This document shows, one piece after another, positions 35,148-47,200 of a stretch of 64,000 nucleotides of DNA. Position 1 is the stretch's first letter. Every line of letters starts with the position of its first letter. The stretch is from Eutreptiella sp. 'Long Island Sound 2002' (Eukaryota; Protista; Euglenida): assembly GCA_964036045.1 (NCBI GenBank), contig OZ038379.1, forward strand, positions 15,376,001 through 15,440,000, written 5' to 3'. The notes beneath the pieces were generated by a model. The model saw only the letters and a program-made list of their open reading frames with translations, was not told the origin of the DNA and did no database searches. Position numbers and translations under genes: made by a program.

Positions 35148-35545
35148 AAGAAAATTGCTTTACGGGGGGGGGATGGCACGGAAGCCCATTTGCCCAACCC
35201 CCCCCTCCCCCTCCTTGGTCGCCGTGCCGGGAGGGGGGTTTGGGCTGGGGCTGCCCTACCTGCCGTGCCGGGGGGGGGGGGGGAGTTCCGACCCCAACAC
35301 ACATGGCTCAAAATGATCCCCACGTCGCGCTGATCATTTTGACACATTTTGACACATATGTGGGGGAAATTTTTTGGGTGAAAAAAATTTTTCCGGGCCA
35401 AAATTTGTGTTCCGGCGCCTTTGGTGGCAACAACCGTCCTTCCACAAAACAAAGGGCCCGGCACGGAAGCCCATTTCTGGAACCCCCCCCCCCTCCTTCG
35501 CCGGGCGCCCATGCCATCCCCCCCCCCCCGCAAAGCAATTTTCGG
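35148..35545. mobile_element. MITE-like element with about 30-bp imperfect TIRs
   Basis: GAAAATTGCTTTACG(G)nATGGCA at about 35150 is the reverse complement of TGCCAT(C)nGCAAAGCAATTTTC at about 35512-35542. CACGGAAGCCCATTT is repeated internally. Confidence 0.7.
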
Positions 35546-37779
35546 GCCGCCCTGCCGTGCACGCTTGCAGGCAACAGCAGCCCTGGAGTTGGGGGATCCG
35601 TCTGCTTTCGTGATTTACCTCACACCCACAAGTTTGAGGCACTTCCCCCCTGAGGGGCCCATGGGCCCTGTGCTTTGCCTGCGCCATCAATACGCCTGTC
35701 GTCCCTGCAGACAATACATCTCTGCCCCACCCAACCGCCCATGGACCTCCGCCCCCCCTCGATCCATTGGGACCCGAGGTCCAGCAAAGACACGTGTGTG
35801 TGACGACGAGCAGAAGCCTCAGTGCCCAATTTCCGAAGGCAAAGCCGAAACCCATCCCGTCACGGAACCCCCAGTGGACGCCGGTACACATCCCGCTTCG
35901 GGTGGCCCATCACCCGTGCAGTATGAGCTGCGGCTATGAGGGCGGGGTCGTGAGGTCAGGGATAGAGGCGGGAGGGGGGGGGGGTTGGCACGAGGCCATG
36001 GTTTTGGTTTGTTTGCCTTCGGCAGCGCCTATGGGCCTCTCGGCACTGCACATTCTCACGCTCTGTGGGTCCGAACGTTTTTTGGTTGTGTCAACGGTGC
36101 CCCTGGATGACTTGTCCTGTTTGACTACTCCGGGGTCGGCTGTCCCGGAGACGGGCTGTTGCCCGTGCCGTTGACCAGGTGCATCCAGATGCACACTACA
36201 AGTCCATGCCGGGTTTGCCGACTCCAGCACCGACTTGTGCGGGACGGGGGGGGAGGGGAGTTGGCACAAGCCTTGGTGGTTGGACGGGGGGGGGGGGGGT
36301 TCGGATCGTTGTGCAGCGTTGCTGGTCGAATGGCACCGCATGCGCTCTCATGTCGCCCAAAGGACACACCGTCTGAGCAGCAAGGAGCTTCAGCGCCCAG
36401 CACATGACAGAGCCCCTCTCCGACCGAGCTCAGCACTGGAGACTGCATGCCCCATAAAGAGGGGCCATGATATATATGGGCCGCCTTGTCGCTCAACCGG
36501 CATGGCCTCCGTGCACCTGATGTCATTGCTGCCCCATTGGCAACGGCCGCTCATGCGGGACACACATACACATCCCCCGCCCACCCACGAGACCCAAAGT
36601 GTCATCATAGTCAGCCCAACTTTGGCATTGCAGGCGCCGAACACCGAATTCGCCCACGTGCATTTCTGCTCAAAAGATGCACGTGTCCGCACTTAAAATG
36701 GTCGGAATTTCATGGCGATGCCAATTATGGCACCGGAATGAAGAAACGTGCGCGCGTGCGCGCGCGTGTGTGTGTGTGTGTGTGCTCTGTACTAGCAACG
36801 AGGGTTGAAGGCTTTTAATGTCCTGGCCGCTCTGTACTAGTAACGAGGGCAAGGGCCGATTAAAGTCCTGACGCTGCGCGACGGGCTAGGCGAGGGGGTT
36901 ATGGGCACTATGTACGATTAACGAGGGAGACCCATGTGCAATGTGAGGGCGGCAGCCCCATTCATGCTGGCATGTGTGTGTGTGTTGGGGGGGGGGGGGT
37001 GGCGCCATATTATAGAGGAAGGCCTGTATGGGTCTGCAGGTGGGTCAGAGAGGTGTGTGTGTGTGTGTGTGTGTGGTCGCAGGGTGGGGTCTGGATATGG
37101 GCAACCCCTTAGCCCCCCCACCCCCCACCACTTGTCCATGACACACACTCAAGAGCTGACAATCCGTGTGACCGGACGCCCCCAAGGCCCCCCGGAGTCA
37201 GCCATGGTCCGTCCTCCAGAAGGGGATCCCAGTGCAAAAGCCTCCTGGCACTTCCTGGAGGATCCCAAATGGTTGCGGGGATCTCCTGGACACTTCTGGA
37301 GGCTTGCTGTTGGTGTCTGGAGGCCGATGTCATGACCAAAGCAATTTCAGTTTGGGACAGAACGAGACAAGGGGGGCGGGGAGGGGGGGGGATTGAAGGG
37401 GGGTTTAGGCTCGACACTGCCATGCCCCCCCCCCACACACACAGTCTCCTCGGAATGACCTCACAACAGTTCCCATGTGTGCATGTCGCTGCCAGAGGGC
37501 AATGGGTCTTATGATCAAATCACAGTGTTGGGGCTGCCCTGGCCGGCCCTTTGGTTAGTGTTCTGAAGGGTCAGTCATATTATCACATATCACATGCGGT
37601 GTTTCGCACCGCAGGTCACATGCCCTTTGGGGCCAAGAGCCAGAGTGGCGGGGGGTTGGTCGATTTGCAAGGCATACAACCCCTGCACACACCCCGCCCC
37701 ACCGCTTGCAAGGGGCGTCGGGGGCAAGGGCCCCCCGCCCCGCAGCCCCCGCGGACGAGTGCATGCACACGCCCCGGCG

Positions 37780-38244
37780 TCAGTCATCGATGTCGGACCC
37801 CGAATCGTCGTCGTCGGACTCATCGTGAATCCGGTACCCGCTCAATCGCATCTGCTCCGCCACCACATCCCCATTTTCTCGCTCCCGGACCTTCACCCGC
37901 ATGAACGGCCGGTCGTGCCCGATGCCCTGCGCCTGCTCCCGCTTGCCGCGCCCCCAGTACTTGTGCGCGACCTGCCCCGGCGCCTCGTCCTCCGCGACCC
38001 GCGCGGTCAGCCACGGGTGCGCCAGGGCCGCGCCGCTGCCGGGCCGCTCGAAGGGCTTGAGGGTGCACAGCGCCGCCACGAAGCTCTTCGCCTCGGCGGA
38101 CAGGCCCTCGCCGCCCCGGAACGACAGCGGCGTGGCCATCTCCCGGCGGAGCTCGCGGAAGTTGGTGGACTGGAACGGGAGGCGGCCGCACAGCAGCGCG
38201 TAGAGCATGACCCCGAGGCTGAAGATGTCCCGTTTGAAGACGAT
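37780..38244 (-). CDS. Kinase gene exon 9 (terminal; subdomains IX-XI and acidic tail)
   Basis: ccctccag|IVFKRDIFSLGVMLYALLCGRLPF...ERPGSGAALAHPW...DESDDDDSGSDIDD*. Confidence 0.92.
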   Translation of the reverse strand: MVFKRDIFSLGVMLYALLCGRLPFQSTNFRELRREMATPLSFRGGEGLSAEAKSFVAALCTLKPFERPGSGAALAHPWLTARVAEDEAPGQVAHKYWGRGKREQAQGIGHDRPFMRVKVRERENGDVVAEQMRLSGYRIHDESDDDDSGSDIDD

Positions 38245-41200
38245 CTGGAGGGCGACGGGCAGGAAAGGCCCCAATCCGGACCCCATCGCCGCGTATGTGC
38301 GTCGCCCCCCCCCCCCCGGAGTGCCCCACGCCGCACATAAGACGCACCATGCCTTAATGGGGGGGGGCGGGGGGCTCTGCTGCGTCGTGTTCGGTGCGAT
38401 GCCCAAACATGATCTCGTCTCGGCACGACAGGCCCACGGTGCCGTGGTTTTTGGCCCGTGCTCGTGCAGAGGGGGGGGGGCGGGGGGTGTAGTTCGATTG
38501 CCTTGTGGTGCCATCGCATTCTGCGACGGGCGGGAAGCACTTCTGCGGTGGGATTGAGGAGGCTTAGTGCACCGCCGTGGTACGATGTGCCCCTCGACGC
38601 CGCGATGATGTCGCCATGCGCCCTCAGCGTTCCATGGGATGCTACGTCATAAAGTGTGCACCCAGCCCCAAAGAGTACAGCACGGCACTGGCAGGGGAGG
38701 CAAAGGACAAGATTCTGGGGGGTCGCCCGCACGTTGCATCCGGAGGGGGCGTGGGAGGACTTCATTTGGGGGGGGGGGGGGGGCGTTCGGGCCCACTTTC
38801 CGGACCCCCTAAACCCCCTTCAAAAAGGCTCCGTGACCGAGGCCCGTCCCGGTACCCCAACGCACATGAGCCACACTGATCCCCCACAACGCGCTGATCA
38901 CTTTTGGGGTGTGCGTCACGGGCTCTGGCTTCTCCCAAACACCCTCCGTCCGTCGATCCCAAGCCATTGGGGTGCCCTCGGTCACGGAAGCCCCTTTCCC
39001 AACCCCCGTCCCCGTGCGGCATCCACATGGTCCCATAGCGATGCCATTGCACTGCAGCCGCCCCTGCCTCCCCACGGCCCCCACTGCCCAGGGCCCATTT
39101 CTTCGACCATCAGCGTGATCCATGCGTTCCATACCCCCCCCCCCCCGCCCCTGCGTCCGGTCTGCTGGCTTTTGGGACTCCACTGCGTCCGGCGTTCATG
39201 CCGGTCAAAGGCCAGCCCTCGTCCGTGAGCGCAGGCTGCTGGCCCCCGGTTGGCCCCACACGGCTGTGGGCCCGCTGCGGGTCTGTGGGGTTCAGAACCC
39301 GCCGGGCATGGGCCGTTCGTCTCGGGGGCTGCGGCATACAACGCCGTGTTGGGCGGGGGGCGAGACCTCATCAAAAAACAGACCAATGCAAACCAGAGGC
39401 AATGCCCTCCACAGTCAGGCATGAGTGCATCTTCATTCTCGATGCCAAACCTGTCGAAACCTCAACACACAAACGGTGTCTGAAACAGAAAACAGAACAT
39501 CATGTCTGCCGACCGTTAGCCAGACAATAACAATCAGCAGCTGTCAGTCAGACATCAGCATTCAGTGTCGGATAAAGAAACCAGGCATTACCCATTGGGC
39601 TGGGTGGGGGACGGGGGGTGGGGCGTAGAAGTTATCTCCCGCCCTCTGGGGGTCGGCGGGAGGTGCGGGGGGGTGCAGGAGTTCCTCAGATGAAGCAACA
39701 CCAAGAAAAGAGCCACAGGCCCCGCCCCGTTGCCGTGCTCCCGTGCTACTTCGGCGGTGCACGGCCCTGAACACGGGTCCGCGACGGATCTCGTGATGGC
39801 CCCCACGGACGCGCCACAATACCTCGTGAGGGATCTTGCGGTAGTGCCCACTCACGGCCAGCACCTCCGGGGCACAGTACCGGAGGGTCCCGCATGGAGT
39901 GCAGAGCACACCGGCCCCGCGCTTCGGGCGTGCACGGTGTCCGCGCGCTTCGGAGGGGCTGTCGTCATCAACGGCCGGGCTCCGGCACTCGCTGTCGCTG
40001 GAGGGGCCGGAGCCCGGGGGCCTCGAATTGGAAGTGGTGAGCGCTGATGTTGATGTTGATGTTGAGCACAGTCCGTTGCGAGAGCCGCCTGCCAACATCC
40101 GCATGATGCACCGGGGACTGGGGGACTGGGGGACTGGGGGGCATTACAAACATTACAAAGGGGGGGGGGGGGGGTTCTGTACGAGAAAATTTCGATGCGG
40201 GTTCAACCCCCCCCCCCCGTGTTTCGGGGGGGGGGGGAATCCACTGATTCGGGCTCAACGTTTCGGGCTGAAGTAAGTTGGCACAAATCAGGATAAGCAC
40301 ACGTTCCCTTTGGTTGCTGTGATGTTTGAGTCATGTGCAATCACAATATTTCCTTCCACTTCCAAAAAAATTTCTTCATCGGTCATTTGGGAGGTCCCAG
40401 GTTCAATCCCAGCTTCCCGTGGCTCGGAACATTTTTCACTTTTGCTGCAGTTTTCAACCTGATGCAACTGTCAAATGCACACACAAAGTGCATGGAAACA
40501 TTGACTCTCAACACTCTTGACACTCGACACACTGCCTTCGTTGGTGCCTTCGTTGGTACCTGGTACTGATGAGGTAGCTGTCTTCTTTGCAAAGAACGGT
40601 GCTGGTTGAAGGTACCGCACACACAATGTACACAACAGAGACCCTGTTGGCTTTTCCGCATGTTGTTCCTGAAACCGGGCCTGTTGAGTTGCGTCAAGGT
40701 CATCCATTGAAGGCAGCATTGACCCCTTGCTGCCACAAACAGAGCACTGTGTCATGAGACTTGTCTGTTAACAGAAATGGAACACAGTTGAACAGAGGTA
40801 TTCATCACCACAACATAAACACCTTCAGCAAATGGTCTTTTTTACCACCACTATCAGAAATCCACTGATTCAGGCCAACGTTTCGGGCTGATTCGGGGAA
40901 ACCGGGTCCCCAAAACCGGGGGGGGGGGGGGGGGTGCAGGTTTATTTCACATGCAGTCCCGAATTTGCTGTGGGAAATTTCGCGCCCACCTGCTGTGAGC
41001 CTACCTTTGGCAAGGCTAGACTCGTTGTACTAAAGTGCACTAAAGTGCTTTTTGGCTTGTTTCAGCTTGTTTTTTTGAATGGGAATTTTGCTGGGCATGT
41101 TGATTTTTCCTAAATGCTACCGCTGCCTTTTTGCTATCTGGTGGTTTGCTGCTAATTGCTGGTGGTGTGTTGTGAATTCCCAAAAGGGTTGCTGTTACTT

Positions 41201-44200
41201 CCGGGTGGCTTGCTGTTGATTGTACAGCGTATGCAGAAAATGGATGACTGTGCAACAAAGGGATGAATCAATGGCGAGAGGCTTCATACCCACAGAATTC
41301 GACTGTGCCCCGTCTGGGCGTATGGCAAAGGCAAGCGTACAACACGCAGTGTTGCTGAACTTCCATGCGAGTGTATTTGGCACAGCGGCCTGAAAAATGT
41401 GTCGGAAATTTCGTACGGATTTGATACGCCAAACATCCCACAGTGAAAAACTCCCGCCGCGAACCCCCGCCACCCCCCGCGCCTCCCCACCGCATGTGCT
41501 CAGCCAATCCAAAAAAAAAAAAAACAGGAAACAGGGCTCTCCCTCGGCGCCTGACCCCTCCGAGAGCGCTATGCCTGCTGAAGCGCAGCCGCCAAGGCAC
41601 ACCATCCGTTAAGTGGTGTGTGGAGGTGGTCCGGGGCTTCCGTGAGAACGTCCCATGCATTGCAGTGGCCGGTGTGTGTCCATGCCTTTGGGGGACCCCC
41701 CCGCCCCCCGCTGCCCTTCGAAAGTGCGATTCGATAGTTTGCGCTGGGGCGGGGTCTGAGGGAGCGGTGGCGAGGGAGGGTGGGCAGATGCTCCTTCACG
41801 CATCAAGTCTGGATAGGAGGTGGACACTCGAAGCGAGACATGTGTGCCTCCGAGGGGGGGCATAACGGCTGAGTCTCGGAGGGTGGGGGGTCGTAAGGGC
41901 AAAACCGCAAAACCGAAACGCACATTCGGCACATCGCAAACAAGCCGCTGCCTGGACAGTGAACAGTGGCAGTCAATGGCTGTGCACCCTCGGCACAGGG
42001 CAAACCAAATAGCATGTGCAGGGGGGGGGGGTCGACAGGCCTGGCGGGCAGACGGACAACGCCCGTTCATGTGCGGCACGGTACGCCATGGCCCCGTGTG
42101 TGTGCCACCGTCGTACCACCAGCGCGTCGGAGGCCCGGCCCGGACCACACCCGACCAGAACAGACCCGATGTCGGGAACAGCGAGGGAGAGGGCCGGCGG
42201 AGGGAGCAAAGGCAACGGAAGGAAACGGGGAAGGGGACGAAGGGGAAGGGGACGAAGGGGAAGGGGAAACGGTTTGGAGAGTGAACGGGTGCAGCGCAGG
42301 GGGGACTCTGGTCAAGGCGGGGGGCTGCGTGGCCGCCCCCCGTACGGTGGCGTGGCATGGCCTGCCGATGGTCGCCGCCCTATGATAGCCCTCGTGGTCC
42401 ACGATGAAGTGTGCCGATGTGACGACCGGTGGGACTGGTACGTCACGCATGCCCCAGCCATACGTCCAATGCAGCCCTCCTCCCGGGGCACATGGAGGAG
42501 CAGGTGCTGGGCGAAGGGGGCATGGGTCTCGGACCACGGAGGAGAGGGGGCAGACCATGCGTTCCGTGGAGGCTCAGGGATGGGGGACGACTGCTGCCCG
42601 TCGCCGGGACGGCCAATGGGGACCATGTGGGGCTGACTGTTCGGAGCAGGTTCAGGTGGCTGTCGCTGCGTAGGGCGGGCACACTGATGGCGGAGGTCCG
42701 CCGCGGTTCTTCGGCGCCCGGGGGAGGGCCTATGTACTTGGACAACCCGAAGTCGATGACGTACACGCGCATGGCTCCTGCGGGCCGGGGGGGGGGGGGG
42801 GGCGTTGCGAGGGCGACACGGGTGAACCGGCGGGAGAACGGGCACAGGACGCTGGGCATTGGCAATGGGGCGTTGTCACACGCGGGCTCATGCACGGATG
42901 GCGGCACAGTAGTCCCAACCCCAGCCCTCAAACCCTCCGCTTGCCTCCGGTGAGGCTAATACTTTTACGTCCTCATCAATTCTCATTTGATGCATTCATT
43001 TCCCCTCTTGCCCAAGATACCGCCAAGTCCCAAATTAATACGGCACGTACACCCCCTGTATCTGAGACCCGGTGCATCTTGTGTGCAACAGCTAAAAGTG
43101 CCACTTCGAGGCACTTGGACGCAAGCCGCTCCAGTGCCATTTGTATTCCATCGCCTTCAACGGATGGAATGAAAGCCGAATTGATGCAGAAGGGTGAACC
43201 AAATTATCATCGAACCGGTGCGACTCACCCAACAACCGAACATGCATACACAAGAAGCATCTTGGCCCGCATTGGGGGGGTTGCCATAGAAGCTGCGTGC
43301 AGGTAGGCACTTCGGCGAGGGTTCATTGGGGGTTGACCACCTGGTCAACTATCGTATGCCCAGCAGCGTCCCGGAGAGAACATGGGGGGCAATCATGTGG
43401 CATTCCCCTGAATATTCAAAACGTGTGCTCTTGCGTTGGTTTTGGTGCGCGGCACAAAGATGCACTGCTTCTCCCGACAAACCAGAGCAGCAAATTATTC
43501 TCAAAGGAGAGCGGAAATCAGGTACGGCGTTTGGTTAAGGGCACCTTGAATCAGAATGCATTCAGATTGCTGGAGGCTGCTGAATGGCTGCCGTTGATTG
43601 CCGAAGAAAGGTGTGCCTGGAGGCTGCTAGATGGTCAATGACATTTCCTCGAGGCAAGCTGTACTTGCAAATTCCCGGAGGCAGTGGCAAGGGCACGGCA
43701 AAGGAGCAAAGTCCATCTCCAATTCAGAGTGCCGCATAAATCCTTAAAAAAGCCAAACAACCCATCGACAAAATGGTTGTGCAGAATTTGTCCAACAGAA
43801 TCTCTCGCTCATGGGACCCCCCCCCCCTGCCTTCGGTATGGCGACCCTGCAAAATCCCTAAATGCCCTGAAACAAAGCCATTCTGGGGCTGCAGTCGGGT
43901 GAAAACACTTTACAAGAAAGTGACCCGGACCCTCCAGGAGGCTGCAAAGGGGTCGCTCGGCTCGGAAGGCGATGCGGCATCCGGCAGAGACACACTGGAC
44001 CAAAATCTGCTGCAGGGCCATACCGTTCTCTTGGCCAATGATGATGTTGTCCAGCTTCAGGTCGCGATGCACCACATGTACCGTGTGGTGCAGGTAATGC
44101 AGGAACTGTAGCACCTGCAGCGCCAGCTGCTGCACCTGCCTCTCCGGCACTTTGCGCTTGCTGAGGAGGTAGTCCACGAGGTCGCACTCCCCGGCGTGCC

Positions 44201-47200
44201 CCATGACCAGAAACACATCCGTGCGAGTCTGAACCACCTGCAATGGGGGGGGGGGGAGGGGGGCTGTCCGAGTGCCTCAGAGTGGCTTGAGAATGTGGCT
44301 GCAGCTTTCATTCGGTTTCATATCGACGCAGTGCGTTATTGGGGGGGCCTGAAAAGCGAAAAGGGGGGGGGGGTCTGCCTCGGGTTGTGTCGGTCTCCAG
44401 ACTGGTGGCCCATTGACCGCCGACGGCCCTTCGCGGTGCATCGATTGCGGTTGGCAGTTCATCCGACGCGCACAAAAGGCCGGGGGTGGGGGTTGCTTAA
44501 GAAAAAGGGGGGAGAACAGGGGAGGGGCGGGGGTGTCTCATCAAGAACGCTCCTGCGGTTCCTGCCGATGTGGTAGTCCACAGTTTTCTAGAGCACCGTG
44601 TGACCGCACAACATGTGACATGATGCTGCATCGTGCCCTTTGGACTCCGTGCCAATGCCCGGCATGGTGCATGCGGTTTGGGCGGAACCAACCGTGACTT
44701 GCGAAAGGGCGGGGGGGGGCTCCCAAGCCTGCGCCACACACCTCATACATCCGCACGGTGTTGCGGTGGTCCAACCGGAAATGGATGTCGATCTCCTGCT
44801 CAAGCACCTGCACTTTCCCGGGGGTCTTCAGCTTCTTCTTGCTGACGGCCTTCACGGCCCGAGGCTGCCCGGTGCGCTTGCACTCGGCGGCGTAGACCAT
44901 CCCGAAGGCCCCTTGCCCCAGGAGGTCCTTCTTGAGGTCCACGGAGTAGTAGTCCTCCAGGCGGTTGATGGCTGAGGACACCGGCACGGGACATGTCGCA
45001 CTCCAGGGGACCGGACCCGCGCCGGTGGGGGCCACAGAGTTCGGTCGACCAATGCGCGACGGGGGGGGGGGGGGCAAGATACTGACGCCCGATTCGCATG
45101 CCCCCCACACCTCCTACCGGGACCCCTATGCGTTGCAGGGACAACGGCCCGTCCAGCACGCAGCACATTGCCTACCAGCCTCTATGGCACAGTACCCCAG
45201 GTTCCAAGCATCCCCCCTGAAGCGTCTGCCACTATGCCACAAGTAGCCCCTCGAAGGTGAGCGCAGCCACTGCCAGACCCATCACAACCCTCATGCCTGG
45301 GTACGTTAAGAGCGTCAAGCGTTGAAATCTCTTGCTCACGAGGTTGCAGGCCGCACGGCTTTCACGGTTGAGAAAGGCAATCATGTACAATGCGAGGTCA
45401 TACTGCAGAGGACACATACGGGGACTTGGGAACAAATGCAGGCAATAAGCACGGCCACAGGCACTTCCACACACACACACGGGGGACTGCAGAGGCTCGC
45501 AGGGGCACAGGTTTAAAGAGCAGTCAGCAGAGGCACACGCAGAACAGGGCGGTCCTTAACGGAAAAAAAAAAGTGTTCCGGAACCAGTTTTCCCAAAAAA
45601 GCCCGCGGGCACTCCATGTGCTCAACCATGGTTGGTGGCGGTTGGCGGTTGGCGGTTGGCGGCGGTTGGCCATTGGCAGTTGGCAACTGGCAGTTGGTGG
45701 TGGTTGGCGGCGGTTGGTGGTTGGTGATTGGTGGTTGGTGGCGGTTGGCAGTGGTTGGCAGTTGGCGGTTGGTCGCCGCTGGTGGTTGGCGGCGGTTGGT
45801 GGCTGACGGTTGGTGGCGGTTGGCGGTTGATGGGAGTTGGCGGTTGGCGGTTGGTGGTCCCTTGGGGCGGTCCTTAAGGGCGGTCCTTGGGGCGGTCCTT
45901 AAGGGCGGTCCTTAGCAAAAAAAAAAAATCTGGTCCCTTAAGGACCGCTCTGACGCAGAATCTCGGGGATACGCGAAAAAGATGTTACCCCACGCACCCG
46001 TGGGAGCATACAGAACACGCACATAACACAAGAATGCACCATGAAGGTACAGGCACAAGGCCGGGACTTGTCACAAGCACAAGCATCAGCAACATCATTG
46101 GACGTACGGGCAGTTCCGACGTACGCTATGCAGTGGACGAGTGGTATGCCAAGATGCTCAGGGGTCCAAAGTGCAATTACAAAATCGACAAGCGTCGCCA
46201 TGCGATGAAAAAAAAATCAAAAAAAGGGCATGTACGGCCCTGAGCATCAAATGCATCCGATGCTGTGCGACGGGACTGGTGCAGGTGCAGGCACAGACCC
46301 AACGGCACCATCGCACAAGCAGGACACACAATGGGACGAGCACATGCAAGTGGGTGACAGGGCAGAACACCTGCAATCGGAATATTTTTGGCACAAAACA
46401 GCGCTTGCAGATGCAGTTCGGATGCCTCCGAGCCCAAGACAATGGCGTCGCAGAGCAATCCTCACAGATGGTGCGACCGCAGCGTCGGCACCAGTGGCGC
46501 CACCGCAGCAGCCCAAAGGAAGCGGAGCACACCAGGCACTTCTCCACCTGCAAAGGACACCAGAGGACAACCGGTACACAAGCAGACACGGAGACACAAA
46601 AGGGAGGCGGGGCTTGCGGGTTTCTCGGAGCACACATGCCAAAAGGGGGAAGCACCAAACACGGAAACAGGGATGGATATAGGGGGTGGTTTTTGCACAG
46701 CGCCAATTATTGCACTGTTTATCCCGGTAATACCTCTACAGTAATACGGTAATACCCACTTTTACGTCACTTTTGTCCAAAAACATGTATTGGAACCAAT
46801 ATATGTGGGCTCCATGTGTGACAGGCATTGGCGTTAGCCGCAGCCGCATTAGCCAACTAGCCGCAGAGGTAAAGAAAATGGGGGAAATGGAAAAAAGGGG
46901 GGAAATGGGGGAAATGGGGGGAAATGGGGGAAAATGGGAGAAAATGGGGGGAAAAGGAGCAAAATGGCCAAAAGTACTCAGTGGGAAACGTAGAAAAAAT
47001 GTGTGAAATTCGTAGGAAATTGGAGGAAAATCGGAGAAAAATGTGATAATTTGGGACAAATTTCCCAGTTTTCCCTGTCCCATTTTCCCCATTTTTCCAC
47101 AGCCTTGCCACCTTTCCCTCAGGTGCCTTTGATGAATTTTGCTAGCCGAACTGGCCGACTGGAAAAATGGAATTTTCTGACTGGCCGATAATGGCCGATT

